Virus record (IMG/VR): IMGVR_UViG_2919361683_000002
Span: 1-64,000 of that record
DNA: 64,000 nucleotides
Source of the DNA: a virus
Strand: one strand, 5' to 3'
A program made the translations under genes and the position numbers. The notes beneath the pieces are model-generated. The model ran no database searches and was not told the DNA's origin. It was given only the letters and a program-made list of their open reading frames with translations. This document shows positions 39,021-48,443 of this stretch, in pieces (the stretch's first letter is position 1; each line of letters starts with the position of its first letter).

Positions 39021-40017
39021 CCTTTTCTCCTTTGAAAAATTCCTTAATAGCGCTGTTAATAATTTCAAATCTATCATCCCATGAATTGTTTTTGGCCATT
39101 TTTTTAGCTTTATTTTTGTATTCGTTACACTTAGATACTTTAATTGCTTTGCGAATATTTTTTATGAATTCTTTATGGTTTCTGCTTACAAATACAACAT
39201 CTTTATAATCATCCATTTCAGGAATATCGGTTGCTACCACTGGAGTACCATGAGCAAGTGACTCATAAACTTTTAAGGGATTACTGAAGTCACTGATTTG
39301 ACAGCGTTGGAAGGGGAGAAGGGTAACATCAGCGTGACAATAATAGGCTTGAAGTTCTTGGTACCCCTTTGAACCCAAATAATGAACCCCTTTAGGCATT
39401 TCTTTAATACCCCAAGGAAGTCCAACAACAAAAACTTGATATTTCTTCGCAACTTTCTCCATAAGTAATAGATCGCACCAATTGGATGTGAGCGCACCTG
39501 AAAACAATACAATAGGCTTATTCTTTTTAGTGTATGGATTCAAGTCTTCAGGAATAGGATAGTCGAGATCTCCTAATTCTTTAAAACAGGCATTTCGAAC
39601 CAAGTGTACATTTTTATGTTGTTTACTTCTTAGTTCTAGCAGGGGTTTGGAGGCAGCCAATAAGATATCTGCCTTACTTATCATGTTGTCTTCCTCATGT
39701 TCATTTTCTGGGAAATTGTCCAGTGAATCATAAATAACCAAGTCGGCTTTAATACTTTCTAAATCTGTATGTCGCATAGCCCAAGATGAAAAGTAAATAT
39801 CAACTTTAGGGTGTCTTTTTAAAAAAACCTCCCAATTATGATAAACCTCAAGTGTGTCAGAGATGCGATCACGCACTTTATCGGTTCGCTGTGTGTAGTT
39901 AACCCAATAGACCATATAACCATTCTCAGAGAAATACTTCATTAAATGGTGTGGTCGTTGCTGCAATGGCTGGTCGTAATCAATTGTATTAGCATAAACA
40001 ATCGTTTTTTGTTTCAT
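38983..40017 (-). CDS. glycosyltransferase, GT-B TuaH-like
   Basis: QQRPHHLM, YDSLD, AD...A.S..L and NPLKVYESLA.G.PVV motifs. Confidence 0.88.
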   Translation of the reverse strand: MKQKTIVYANTIDYDQPLQQRPHHLMKYFSENGYMVYWVNYTQRTDKVRDRISDTLEVYHNWEVFLKRHPKVDIYFSSWAMRHTDLESIKADLVIYDSLDNFPENEHEEDNMISKADILLAASKPLLELRSKQHKNVHLVRNACFKELGDLDYPIPEDLNPYTKKNKPIVLFSGALTSNWCDLLLMEKVAKKYQVFVVGLPWGIKEMPKGVHYLGSKGYQELQAYYCHADVTLLPFQRCQISDFSNPLKVYESLAHGTPVVATDIPEMDDYKDVVFVSRNHKEFIKNIRKAIKVSKCNEYKNKAKKMAKNNSWDDRFEIINSAIKEFFKGEKDEKGSTFNNAIL

Positions 40018-40773
40018 TTATTTCTCCCTAAGATATTTTTCTAAACATTCTGGACTCATAATATGGTTCGAGAATGTGCCTAAATCACAAAAAAGCTCAA
40101 AACCTTTCTCTTGAGCCATTTTACAGAAGTATGCGTCTTCTCCTTGAGGGTGAAAGCCATATTTTATAGATTTAAATACTTTACGGCTTAACATAATAAC
40201 TGCCCCTGTAAGATCAACTCTTATGAGAGATGAAGAGGGGAGAGAGGGTGCATTTTTTACTTGGTTGGTTACAACATGTTCATAATAGCCCTTACTATTG
40301 ATCTTCATGATGTTGGGGAACAGGTATGGTTTCTCAGGACGAACAATGTGTCCATTCCAAATCAATCCTGATATGATATCCTTGTCCGATTTGAGTAGAT
40401 TATTAATGATATCAGGTTGCACGAGGATATCTGTGTCTATAAACATCAGATAATCAGTTTTGGTTTTTGACATGATATAATTCCGTAATTTACTCAAATG
40501 AGTATATATGAAGTTGTTTCTAATGTTTAAGTCTCTTTTATCTACAGGAGCATTTCGATTGTACACCTCAACTCTAATATTTCTATATATGTGCCTGTAT
40601 TGCTTTTTAAAGTTGTACAATAAATTTAAAGAATTATCAGTTGAATCATTGATTACAAATATGAATTCAATTAAGTTAGTAGGATAATTCAATTCCAATA
40701 AGCTTTTTAGATATTTATCTAAAATCCACTCCCGGTTACGAACAGGCGTTGCAATTGTAACAGTTTGGTTCAT
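40018..40773 (-). CDS. glycosyltransferase family 2 (GT-A)
   Basis: VTIATPVRN, DSTD, LRN, DxD (FIDTD) and GED..FC motifs. Confidence 0.92.
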   Translation of the reverse strand: MNQTVTIATPVRNREWILDKYLKSLLELNYPTNLIEFIFVINDSTDNSLNLLYNFKKQYRHIYRNIRVEVYNRNAPVDKRDLNIRNNFIYTHLSKLRNYIMSKTKTDYLMFIDTDILVQPDIINNLLKSDKDIISGLIWNGHIVRPEKPYLFPNIMKINSKGYYEHVVTNQVKNAPSLPSSSLIRVDLTGAVIMLSRKVFKSIKYGFHPQGEDAYFCKMAQEKGFELFCDLGTFSNHIMSPECLEKYLREK

Positions 40774-40793
40774 ATAATCTCCCTTGTAAAAAC

Positions 40794-40820
40794 AAAGAGC
40801 CGAAGGGCAACCTACGGCTC
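40794..40820 (-). terminator. terminator after the major tail gene
   Basis: Minus strand GAGCCG...CGGCTC-TTTGTTTT. Confidence 0.65.
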
Positions 40821-40833
40821 ATAAGTTCTTTAC

Positions 40834-41610
40834 TTATTTTTCATAAATAATTTCTTCTTTCATTACTTCAACCCCATTCACGGTTACAGGGAACAAATCA
40901 AACGTCAAACTGAGAGAACTTGGATCTCCAGAAGGGGAATAGTTGACCGTGTAGTTTGGCTGAAGTTTAGCCTTGCGGAAAATTTGTTGAGAGCCGACCA
41001 TCTTACCAGCTTTCTCATCAGCATACAAAGTGTCTCCAGCAATAAATACGTATCCCGGAAATCCTTTGGTTGTATATGAGAGTTTTGCTGCATTTGGAGT
41101 ATTGTATTGATAGTAAACCTCAACATCACTGCCAACTTCGATAGTTGCAGTAGTGTCTAATGTTACTACATTATCAGTAATGTCTTTAATGGGTTGTGCG
41201 TCAGCCATAATCCCGTTTATGTATGCAAACACCTTAACATTAGTTTTATCACCAATTGGTGTTTTGTCTAAAGTGATCTGTTTTGCTCCAGAAGTACCCT
41301 TCATAACAGTCAGAATTTGAGACTTATAAAGATCTTGTGCGCCCTTTTCAATAGGTTCTCCAGCCAGCATAGCAAGATGCTGCAAAGTGAAGATTTGAGT
41401 CTCTACTTTTAGTGTAGAGTCCTTTTCACCAGACCAAGCAATACGCTTTGGATTCCCATCGCCACCTCTTGCAAACACTGTCTCTGATGTCCATTCATTA
41501 CTTGTAGTAGTAGCGTAATCAAAAGTCATAAGAGGTGTACTTGTTACAAAATCGAAAATTTGAAGATTGAGATTGTTTCTAGAGCCGTAGCGTCCTAGTT
41601 GTATTGCCAT
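40834..41610 (-). CDS. major tail (tube) protein (YomU-like)
   Basis: ARGG.GNP..I.W and GDPS....FD motifs, position after the head-tail genes, and a downstream terminator. Confidence 0.75.
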   Translation of the reverse strand: MAIQLGRYGSRNNLNLQIFDFVTSTPLMTFDYATTTSNEWTSETVFARGGDGNPKRIAWSGEKDSTLKVETQIFTLQHLAMLAGEPIEKGAQDLYKSQILTVMKGTSGAKQITLDKTPIGDKTNVKVFAYINGIMADAQPIKDITDNVVTLDTTATIEVGSDVEVYYQYNTPNAAKLSYTTKGFPGYVFIAGDTLYADEKAGKMVGSQQIFRKAKLQPNYTVNYSPSGDPSSLSLTFDLFPVTVNGVEVMKEEIIYEK

Positions 41611-41635
41611 AAAGGATAGTTCCTCCTAATTTATA

Positions 41636-42361
41636 CTATAATTTTGTTTTCTCCATCCACTCAGGGATAGAGTTGTCTTCAGGTAAGGTTTTTTCATTAG
41701 ACCATACTGGTAAGAGTCTGTTGTAATTTTCTTTCTTGTTCACTCTTTCAAAATGCTCATAAACTTGATACACCGTAAGTGAGCCAACATTAAAAATATT
41801 GATCCCATTTCCTTCGAAATTGCAGAGGATAGATAAAATATCTTTGAATTCTAGCTGATTATCCGTGTTATTGTTGTTTATTTGCGACTCATACATTTGC
41901 ATTCTTCTATAAAACTCTTCTGCTGTACTATTTGCTGCCTCTATTTTTTCTTGAGAGTTAGATGATACATTTAGTTCTTTTATAACTAAATCAAATTCTT
42001 TATAATTGCTTTTGTTTATAAAATCTTTTCCATCCAACAAAAAACAGGATGTTTCAATATTGAAACTAACATGACCTTTAACGAAAAAGGAGAGAGCTTT
42101 ACATATTTCATTTCTAATAGACGGAACTTCGATTAGTACATCATAGTCAGACTCATTCTTTATATTTGAAAAACTCTTCTTGTCCAATCCAAATAACCCT
42201 ACTAAAATTTTCTCTTTATCAAACCCCACTAAAGCTAGATTAACTAAATAATTTAAATATCCAATTTCACCGATCTCATGAACTGTGGGAGAATACACGG
42301 ATATTCCCTCTTTTGTTGTATAGGGTAAACCCAGAAATGCTTGTAGGCGATCAATAGTCAA
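41636..42361 (-). CDS. virion morphogenesis protein (YomV-like)
   Basis: P...EIGEIGY and INIFNV..LT.YQ.Y..F motifs, plus position. Confidence 0.6.
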   Translation of the reverse strand: MTIDRLQAFLGLPYTTKEGISVYSPTVHEIGEIGYLNYLVNLALVGFDKEKILVGLFGLDKKSFSNIKNESDYDVLIEVPSIRNEICKALSFFVKGHVSFNIETSCFLLDGKDFINKSNYKEFDLVIKELNVSSNSQEKIEAANSTAEEFYRRMQMYESQINNNNTDNQLEFKDILSILCNFEGNGINIFNVGSLTVYQVYEHFERVNKKENYNRLLPVWSNEKTLPEDNSIPEWMEKTKL

Positions 42362-42370
42362 ATAATCACC

Positions 42371-42844
42371 TCAATTAAAATCCCAAAGTTTGTACTTTAT
42401 AAAGAATCCTACGTATTTCTCATTAACAAATATTTCATCCATGCGATAAAACTCTAGTTTTCCAATACTAAGATTTGTATTCTCATTAAACAGTTCATCA
42501 ATGGAGGCTAAAATATGGTCATATCTCAAAATTTCATAATCAGTTAGAAGTAAATCTTTATGTATCAATACTTGAAAATGAAGCAGGCCCGATTTGAATT
42601 GCGTACCAGCAGGACGGTAATCTTGGAAAGAAAATGTCACATACGAGGAAGCTGTGTCAGCCAATTTGGGAATATGGTTAAAGGGGAAAATGTTTTTATT
42701 GATTAACTCAGAAGTGTCTTCAATATCTGGTTGATCTAAATAATTGCTTTGTTCGTACCAAACTGATTTACAAAGTTTCTGTGAACTCAATAAATGATTC
42801 AGTACGATCAATCGATTTTTACCCAATTCCTCAAGTCTAGACAT
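42371..42844 (-). CDS. tail terminator/completion protein (YomW-like)
   Basis: Position and the IFPF..IP...R.D.I...IDELF...IGKL.F motif. Confidence 0.6.
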   Translation of the reverse strand: MSRLEELGKNRLIVLNHLLSSQKLCKSVWYEQSNYLDQPDIEDTSELINKNIFPFNHIPKLADTASSYVTFSFQDYRPAGTQFKSGLLHFQVLIHKDLLLTDYEILRYDHILASIDELFNENTNLSIGKLEFYRMDEIFVNEKYVGFFIKYKLWDFN

Positions 42845-42845
42845 G

Positions 42846-43364
42846 TTAGTTCACTACTTGATAATCTCTTACTAACTCATATTTCAAAAATCCTCCAGCA
42901 ACCGTATCCCTTGAATCATCGAATGTTGAAGCTATCTGAATTGTACGTTCAAGTGTTTCAGGATTTGTACGATGAATTTCTTCGCCCAAACTGTTACGGA
43001 TAACCATTCGATAATAGTTACCATTTGCTTGTAAATTTCCAAGTTCGTATTTAATCGATATACATTCTAATGCTTCCATTGCTGAACTTTTGTCTTTATG
43101 AGTTGTTTTACTGAATGCCAACTTGAACTTATTGTCTGTGGCTATTGAATAAGCATAAGCATATTGAGGATCAATTGCGACATCTAAATCAGCATCAATG
43201 ATCTCAATTGTTGGTGTAGCACTAATTACGATATCTCCATCAAGTCCAGACGAATGCTGTTTACCGAAGGGGAGGGGAGGAAAGATCAGCCAATTGTTAT
43301 ATACGCCCTGCACAAATTGTTCAGGTTTTAGTTCCCCAAAACGAAGAATTGCTTGCATGGTCAC
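42846..43364 (-). CDS. hypothetical protein in head-tail module
   Basis: ORF with a GGAG RBS, tightly packed in the operon. Confidence 0.55.
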   Translation of the reverse strand: MTMQAILRFGELKPEQFVQGVYNNWLIFPPLPFGKQHSSGLDGDIVISATPTIEIIDADLDVAIDPQYAYAYSIATDNKFKLAFSKTTHKDKSSAMEALECISIKYELGNLQANGNYYRMVIRNSLGEEIHRTNPETLERTIQIASTFDDSRDTVAGGFLKYELVRDYQVVN

Positions 43365-43374
43365 ACTCCTAATT

Positions 43375-44589
43375 CTAAATAATTGATTTTATTTCTATTT
43401 TTTTATTTGTATAAGCAAGCTTTGATCGGTTCTCACAGTGTAGCAAGAAGAATCCTTTTTTATTGTTTGCTTTAATTTTACACGTATGTAATATTTGGTC
43501 TTGCTCTAAAATGGAGGCGAGTGAAGAGGGGGATGAACCGTCAATATCTGTGATCCAGTAATTAGTAATATCATCTCTTTCGATTCCATTATTAAAAACC
43601 GATGACCTAAAATTTTTAATCATATTGTACTTAATACTGTCATCACCATTAATCTCACATGAGTAGTTGTTAGTAGTTGAAGCAGTTATATTTATTCGAA
43701 GAGTCTTTGTGATATCTCTGAATGAGATTGACACTTTAACAAGCCCTTTTTCAATTGGAGTCAGTAGACCAGTAGGAGAGATTGTTGCTTTCGATTCGTC
43801 ATCAATAACAAATATCAGTTCACCACCGACATTAACAATTTCACTTCTATTTTTAACCTCAACATTTATTTGCAGTGTTTGTTTTTCTTCAATTGAAACA
43901 TAGTCTCCATTGAGAATAGTTAGCTGGTGATCGGCAACATTACCATAATAATCAGCAATTCCTAACTCAAGATTATCTTTTACGGGATTGATGTCTCCCG
44001 ATGAACGCAAACTTAAATTTACAATACCTGCGTCACCTACGCTATCAACATCTATAACTTCAAAAGCTTCACTGCCAATAATAAATCGCATTTCTTTTTT
44101 TATTTTTGAAGTGAATTCATTATATTGAGTTGCAATTTGTCGTCGAGCAGTGGGTAAAATCATTGTTTTACCTTCTTCTATCCCAATATTGGAACGAATG
44201 TTAGAGTAAAGCACTGAAGGTTGAGACTGAATACTACCATCTTCATCAATCCAACGTAGTTCGATATTGCATTCTTCAAGCTTACTTCGTTGATACATCT
44301 TATTGAAATACGGTCTTTGAGTTACTAAAAAATTTAGCTTATTACTGATCTCAAAAACTATATCACCAGCTTTATAGTCACCGTACTTGCCCAATATGTT
44401 GAATACACCATCTTTGGTGGATTGTTGAATGATAACTCTTTTAGCAATACCATCAATTAGCACATCGCTGGATTCAGGAGAATCAGCTAAAAGCTCATCA
44501 AAACCACTTTGAGCGAACAAAGTAAAATCACCGTTTTCAAAACCGCTAACTCTATTGTGAGACCCCATTAAATACCATGATTTAGGCAT
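43375..44589 (-). CDS. head-closure/neck protein with Ig-like domain
   Basis: CN..LRW motif, DNLELGIAD and a Big_2-like segment (A.IS..GLLT....G.V.V). Confidence 0.65.
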   Translation of the reverse strand: MPKSWYLMGSHNRVSGFENGDFTLFAQSGFDELLADSPESSDVLIDGIAKRVIIQQSTKDGVFNILGKYGDYKAGDIVFEISNKLNFLVTQRPYFNKMYQRSKLEECNIELRWIDEDGSIQSQPSVLYSNIRSNIGIEEGKTMILPTARRQIATQYNEFTSKIKKEMRFIIGSEAFEVIDVDSVGDAGIVNLSLRSSGDINPVKDNLELGIADYYGNVADHQLTILNGDYVSIEEKQTLQINVEVKNRSEIVNVGGELIFVIDDESKATISPTGLLTPIEKGLVKVSISFRDITKTLRINITASTTNNYSCEINGDDSIKYNMIKNFRSSVFNNGIERDDITNYWITDIDGSSPSSLASILEQDQILHTCKIKANNKKGFFLLHCENRSKLAYTNKKIEIKSII

Positions 44590-44603
44590 GTTAATACCTC
44601 CTA

Positions 44604-44996
44604 CTATTCATAGTAAGAGTTCTTTTTGAGTTTATTGAACCTGTCAGCTATTTCTTTATCTAAATTGGTTAGCCTTATTTGCATTGTTCTTTTGGCATCA
44701 CCCATACCAGTCAGTCCAATATCCTTACCAACGATATTCGTTAATTTCAATACTCTATCTAACTCTCTACTTAAATAATGCCGATACATAATCGCGCCTA
44801 ATTGATTAATCAAGATATTGTTCAGTTGAGAATCGAATTGTTTTAAGTCTTTATGGTAATTCAATGGGCCTAATTCTAGCTCATAGTCTGCAACAGCTAA
44901 AAATAAAAATTGTTCAACTAAATCCTCTTCTAACAAAACTTTAGACTGAGGTCTTGAATAAAAGTTTTCAAATACCTCTTCAAAACCTGTTCCCAA
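44604..44996 (-). CDS. head-tail adaptor (YomZ-like)
   Basis: T.FEEV...F start motif, plus position. Confidence 0.6.
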   Translation of the reverse strand: MGTGFEEVFENFYSRPQSKVLLEEDLVEQFLFLAVADYELELGPLNYHKDLKQFDSQLNNILINQLGAIMYRHYLSRELDRVLKLTNIVGKDIGLTGMGDAKRTMQIRLTNLDKEIADRFNKLKKNSYYE

Positions 44997-45006
44997 AAAG
45001 CATCAC

Positions 45007-45498
45007 CTACTTAATCTCATCTTCCATTGTATAGCCTGTATAATCTTCCAAGAATTTAACTTTAGCTAGATCATTGAATTTTGTTTCTTTGGCAAATTGG
45101 ATCACGGCGAACTTTTCAGCTTGCGTTTGAACGTTTGATTGAATAGTATTTTCAAATTCTTTTTTTGCTTTAATTTTAAAAATCTCAGTCAAGAATTCTT
45201 TTGTTAAAATCTTTTGTTTCTCTGTTTCGTTTTCAAACCCAAGTAAAATTCTTGTTGGTTGATCTTCAACAAACAGTCGAGCATGAGAGCCATTATTGTC
45301 TTTACCTACAAAAAGTTTGTTGCCATTATACACTTGCGATTGGATTTCTTCGCGGGATAAGCGAACTTGACCTTTTGCGGCAATTTTAACATCGCCAACT
45401 GAATTAATGCGAGAGAAATATACATCCCAATTACACAGATTTTTTACCGATACCTTTTCATCTAGATTTAGAGTATCTTTTGTTACTACATCGGTCAT
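45007..45498 (-). CDS. phage protein downstream of capsid (YonA-like position)
   Basis: Conserved-looking NLC.W...F and HAR....D motifs. Confidence 0.55.
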   Translation of the reverse strand: MTDVVTKDTLNLDEKVSVKNLCNWDVYFSRINSVGDVKIAAKGQVRLSREEIQSQVYNGNKLFVGKDNNGSHARLFVEDQPTRILLGFENETEKQKILTKEFLTEIFKIKAKKEFENTIQSNVQTQAEKFAVIQFAKETKFNDLAKVKFLEDYTGYTMEDEIK

Positions 45499-45520
45499 AT
45501 TTAAGCTCCCTTATGTTATT

Positions 45521-45548
45521 TACAGGTGTGAAAAACTCCACACCTGTA
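45521..45548 (-). terminator. terminator after the major capsid gene
   Basis: TACAGGTGTG...CACACCTGTA inverted repeat. Confidence 0.6.
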
Positions 45549-45560
45549 TTTCATTATTTA

Positions 45561-46682
45561 TTAGCCTACTTGTTCAATTTCGAAGTTGGTATCAGAAATA
45601 AGTCCAACTTCATATTCACGACCTTTTGCAAGGTCAGCCCCAATTTCCATATCAAAACGAGTCATTTCTGTCCCTGTAACTACATCGTTACCGGACATAG
45701 AAGAGATACCACCACGTTTGAAAATTTGAAGAGGGGATACAGTAGCTTGAGGAATTACAAACAACAAACCTTCAGGCAGATATGTATCGAAGTTATCTCC
45801 AGCAGCATTCATTTTAGTCAAATTATACTGATTCGGTGTTTCAACAATAGGGCTGCCATTATACGTTGTAAGAAGTCCGCTTTGACGAATTTCCTCCATC
45901 ACAGCTTGGGACAAGAAATTGTTTTTCGCGTCAGTTGGATCAGCTTTAAATCCAGCAAATGAATTGAGTTGAGACACAACAGAGTAGTCACCTGTCAGAG
46001 TAGGACGACCGAAGCGGCGAACTTTTTTGACAATATCATCAACAGAAGTCTTTGCAATACCAGCAGTTTCTGCAAAGTATTTTACTCCAGTTGCATTTTT
46101 AATACCGTTGTATAGAGTAGTAATAACATATAACATCGCTTTGTTCATCATATCTACTTGCACTTGTTGCAGTCCTTCAGACACCTTATCTAGATTTCCG
46201 CTAGCAATTTCACGGTAATTAACAGCATAGCCAGAGGAAATGGTTTTTGTGACAATTGGATATTCACTCCATACGGTTGTGCCAAAGTTTACATCACCTT
46301 GAGATGCTTGAAAGTTACTGCGGATAGATTCATGCTTGTAGGTTTTAACCATGGCCTGTTCATCGTAACCAATCTCTTTAAAGGTACCCATGAAATTAAA
46401 AAGTTGGATTTGAGTTTGAAGATGCGGCTCCAAAGCATAACGAACAATGGAGTTAAATTCTGCTTTCGCTGCAAAATCACCATTGTGAGCACGAGAACAA
46501 AGCTCTTTAATTCGATCAAAAGTGACATCAACTTTTTTACCGTATTTAGTTGTATCGTTTCCACTTACGAGAGCGGAAAAGATTTCAACAATTTGGGATT
46601 TTGGGTTAAGCTTATTGTTTACTGAAAAATCTTCATCTTTACGAAGATTGTTGAGATTTAGTTCATAAATGCTATTTTTCAT
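45561..46682 (-). CDS. major capsid protein (YonB-like)
   Basis: 373 aa, after the scaffold and decoration genes, followed by a hairpin. G.L..YNG..IVE..N motif. Confidence 0.8.
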   Translation of the reverse strand: MKNSIYELNLNNLRKDEDFSVNNKLNPKSQIVEIFSALVSGNDTTKYGKKVDVTFDRIKELCSRAHNGDFAAKAEFNSIVRYALEPHLQTQIQLFNFMGTFKEIGYDEQAMVKTYKHESIRSNFQASQGDVNFGTTVWSEYPIVTKTISSGYAVNYREIASGNLDKVSEGLQQVQVDMMNKAMLYVITTLYNGIKNATGVKYFAETAGIAKTSVDDIVKKVRRFGRPTLTGDYSVVSQLNSFAGFKADPTDAKNNFLSQAVMEEIRQSGLLTTYNGSPIVETPNQYNLTKMNAAGDNFDTYLPEGLLFVIPQATVSPLQIFKRGGISSMSGNDVVTGTEMTRFDMEIGADLAKGREYEVGLISDTNFEIEQVG

Positions 46683-46709
46683 TGATATTAAAACTCCTTA
46701 AATTATGTA

Positions 46710-47204
46710 TTAGTCTCTTACAATTACAATGCCGTAAAAACCTTTTTCGCCAAAAGAAGTTTTCTCAAGGACTTTAATTCCAACCTTATAATCAGGGTCG
46801 GCAGATACCTTCCATTTACCTTTTGCTTTAATGCTCGGTGTGTCGTCCGTATCGTCACAAGGGACAAGAACATCATTTTTATTAATAGCTGCATAATCAT
46901 CTTTTACGGTGTCATATGACAATTCAACAGGCAAGCCAGCCAAATCAGCAAGTTTAAATGTCCGTGCATACTCACCAATATTAATTTTATAATCAGCAGA
47001 ATTGCGAATTTCGGGTTTGTCGATGATATTATATACAACATGTACATCGGTACTTTTTGCTTGAGTGGGTGTTGCGGCTGTTGGAGCTAGTCCTGTAGCG
47101 TCATCGGGAATAACGACATATCCATTTCTAAGTTCAATAGTTGCTTTGGTGCGTGGATTATTGCGAACTTGCTTAAAGGCTCCGATTGTTCCAAACTTAA
47201 ACAT
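46710..47204 (-). CDS. head decoration/auxiliary capsid protein (YonC-like)
   Basis: Position between scaffold and capsid, beta-rich. Confidence 0.6.
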   Translation of the reverse strand: MFKFGTIGAFKQVRNNPRTKATIELRNGYVVIPDDATGLAPTAATPTQAKSTDVHVVYNIIDKPEIRNSADYKINIGEYARTFKLADLAGLPVELSYDTVKDDYAAINKNDVLVPCDDTDDTPSIKAKGKWKVSADPDYKVGIKVLEKTSFGEKGFYGIVIVRD

Positions 47205-47223
47205 TATTTATTTCCTCCAATTT

Positions 47224-48423
47224 TTAATAAAGATCTTCATACGGCATTCTATCGTCATTATTGTTAAGCTCTAAAATGTCTCCATAAATATCTGCCGCTG
47301 AATTCAATTCTGCTTTATTATTTTTACTTTCTCTTTGTTCAAGAATAGTCTTTGTAATAAATGAATTGATCTCTGACAAAATAGTTGCCATTTTTTCTCG
47401 TGAAGGTTCAGCACTAAATGTCTCAATTTTTGCTTTTGCTACTTCTTTTTCTTTATCTGTATAACGTGCAAGTGACTTATTAAGCTCGGCTACCAATTCT
47501 TTATCTTCAGTAGTTTTTTTAAAGGATTTAAGCTCGTTAATCTCTGAAGTTAGAGATGCGATTTCAGTTTCTTTTTCTTGTAAGGCAGTCTTTGTGGAAT
47601 TAATTTCTACTGTCAATTTCTCGCTTTCTGCAAGCGACTTATTCTTTTCGTTAGCCAAAGAAGAGTTAAGCTCGGAAATCTCAGTGTCCTTTTCAGAAAT
47701 AGTTTTTTCCAAAGAGTCAATTTTGTTTGTCAAAGAGTTGATCTCATTTGTTTTTGTCTCAATCTTGTTATTTAGTTCAACAATCAGAGCATTTTCTGTC
47801 TTGTCCATTTTTTTCTCCTTATGTGTTCTATTGTTTAATTCAAGTAAAACAGCATTATCATCAGAAGGCTCAATGCCTAAGATAGCTGATCCTGAGTAAT
47901 CGTAGATCATAGGCACTCTGCCTTTTTCTTTCCAGCCGCCGTCGTAAATAATAACTTCGTTGCTACTATCTTTTTTTTTGCCTATTTCTACACTTGTTTC
48001 AGGAAGATTACCATCAAACATTTCGCCTTTGAGCCAATCAACAAATGCAGAGTATCTTTGTTCAAATATGTAACCTTCGGCTATTAATGCTCGTATTGTC
48101 TTGCCATTGACTTCTACATTGTCAACATAGGCATTGTCCGTAACACCAACTACAACACTGTCTTCGAAAACTGGCTCATTGTCTTTGATCTCACTTAGAT
48201 ATCCATGACCCCAAGGTTCCGACATATTGTAGTCTAAAAATTGAACAACAATCGGCATGTTTTTTGCACTTTCAATATTGTTATTTACATATTGTTCATT
48301 CCAACTAATGCCGTTTTTATTCCATTTTGTCGGATCGTTTTGTATTTCATGTACAACCCAACGCACATATCGCCTACCTGAAGCGTTTTGCTTTTGTGAT
48401 AATTCTAAAATCGAGTTTATCAA
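47224..48423 (-). CDS. prohead protease-scaffold fusion (YonD-like)
   Basis: N-terminal protease-like domain (GHG, SVEI, G.AILG...P) and a C-terminal coiled coil with repeated E(I/L)N(S/N) motifs. Confidence 0.7.
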   Translation of the reverse strand: MINSILELSQKQNASGRRYVRWVVHEIQNDPTKWNKNGISWNEQYVNNNIESAKNMPIVVQFLDYNMSEPWGHGYLSEIKDNEPVFEDSVVVGVTDNAYVDNVEVNGKTIRALIAEGYIFEQRYSAFVDWLKGEMFDGNLPETSVEIGKKKDSSNEVIIYDGGWKEKGRVPMIYDYSGSAILGIEPSDDNAVLLELNNRTHKEKKMDKTENALIVELNNKIETKTNEINSLTNKIDSLEKTISEKDTEISELNSSLANEKNKSLAESEKLTVEINSTKTALQEKETEIASLTSEINELKSFKKTTEDKELVAELNKSLARYTDKEKEVAKAKIETFSAEPSREKMATILSEINSFITKTILEQRESKNNKAELNSAADIYGDILELNNNDDRMPYEDLY

Positions 48424-48443
48424 AATTTATATCACCTCCTTTT

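Noticed and set aside
37926-40773. Gtr-type serotype conversion cassette
   Set aside because: There is no flippase or multi-TM transferase, no separate promoter is seen, and all three proteins look soluble.
45480-46625. long + strand ORFs opposite capsid and other structural genes
   Set aside because: These are antisense shadows of well-supported genes.
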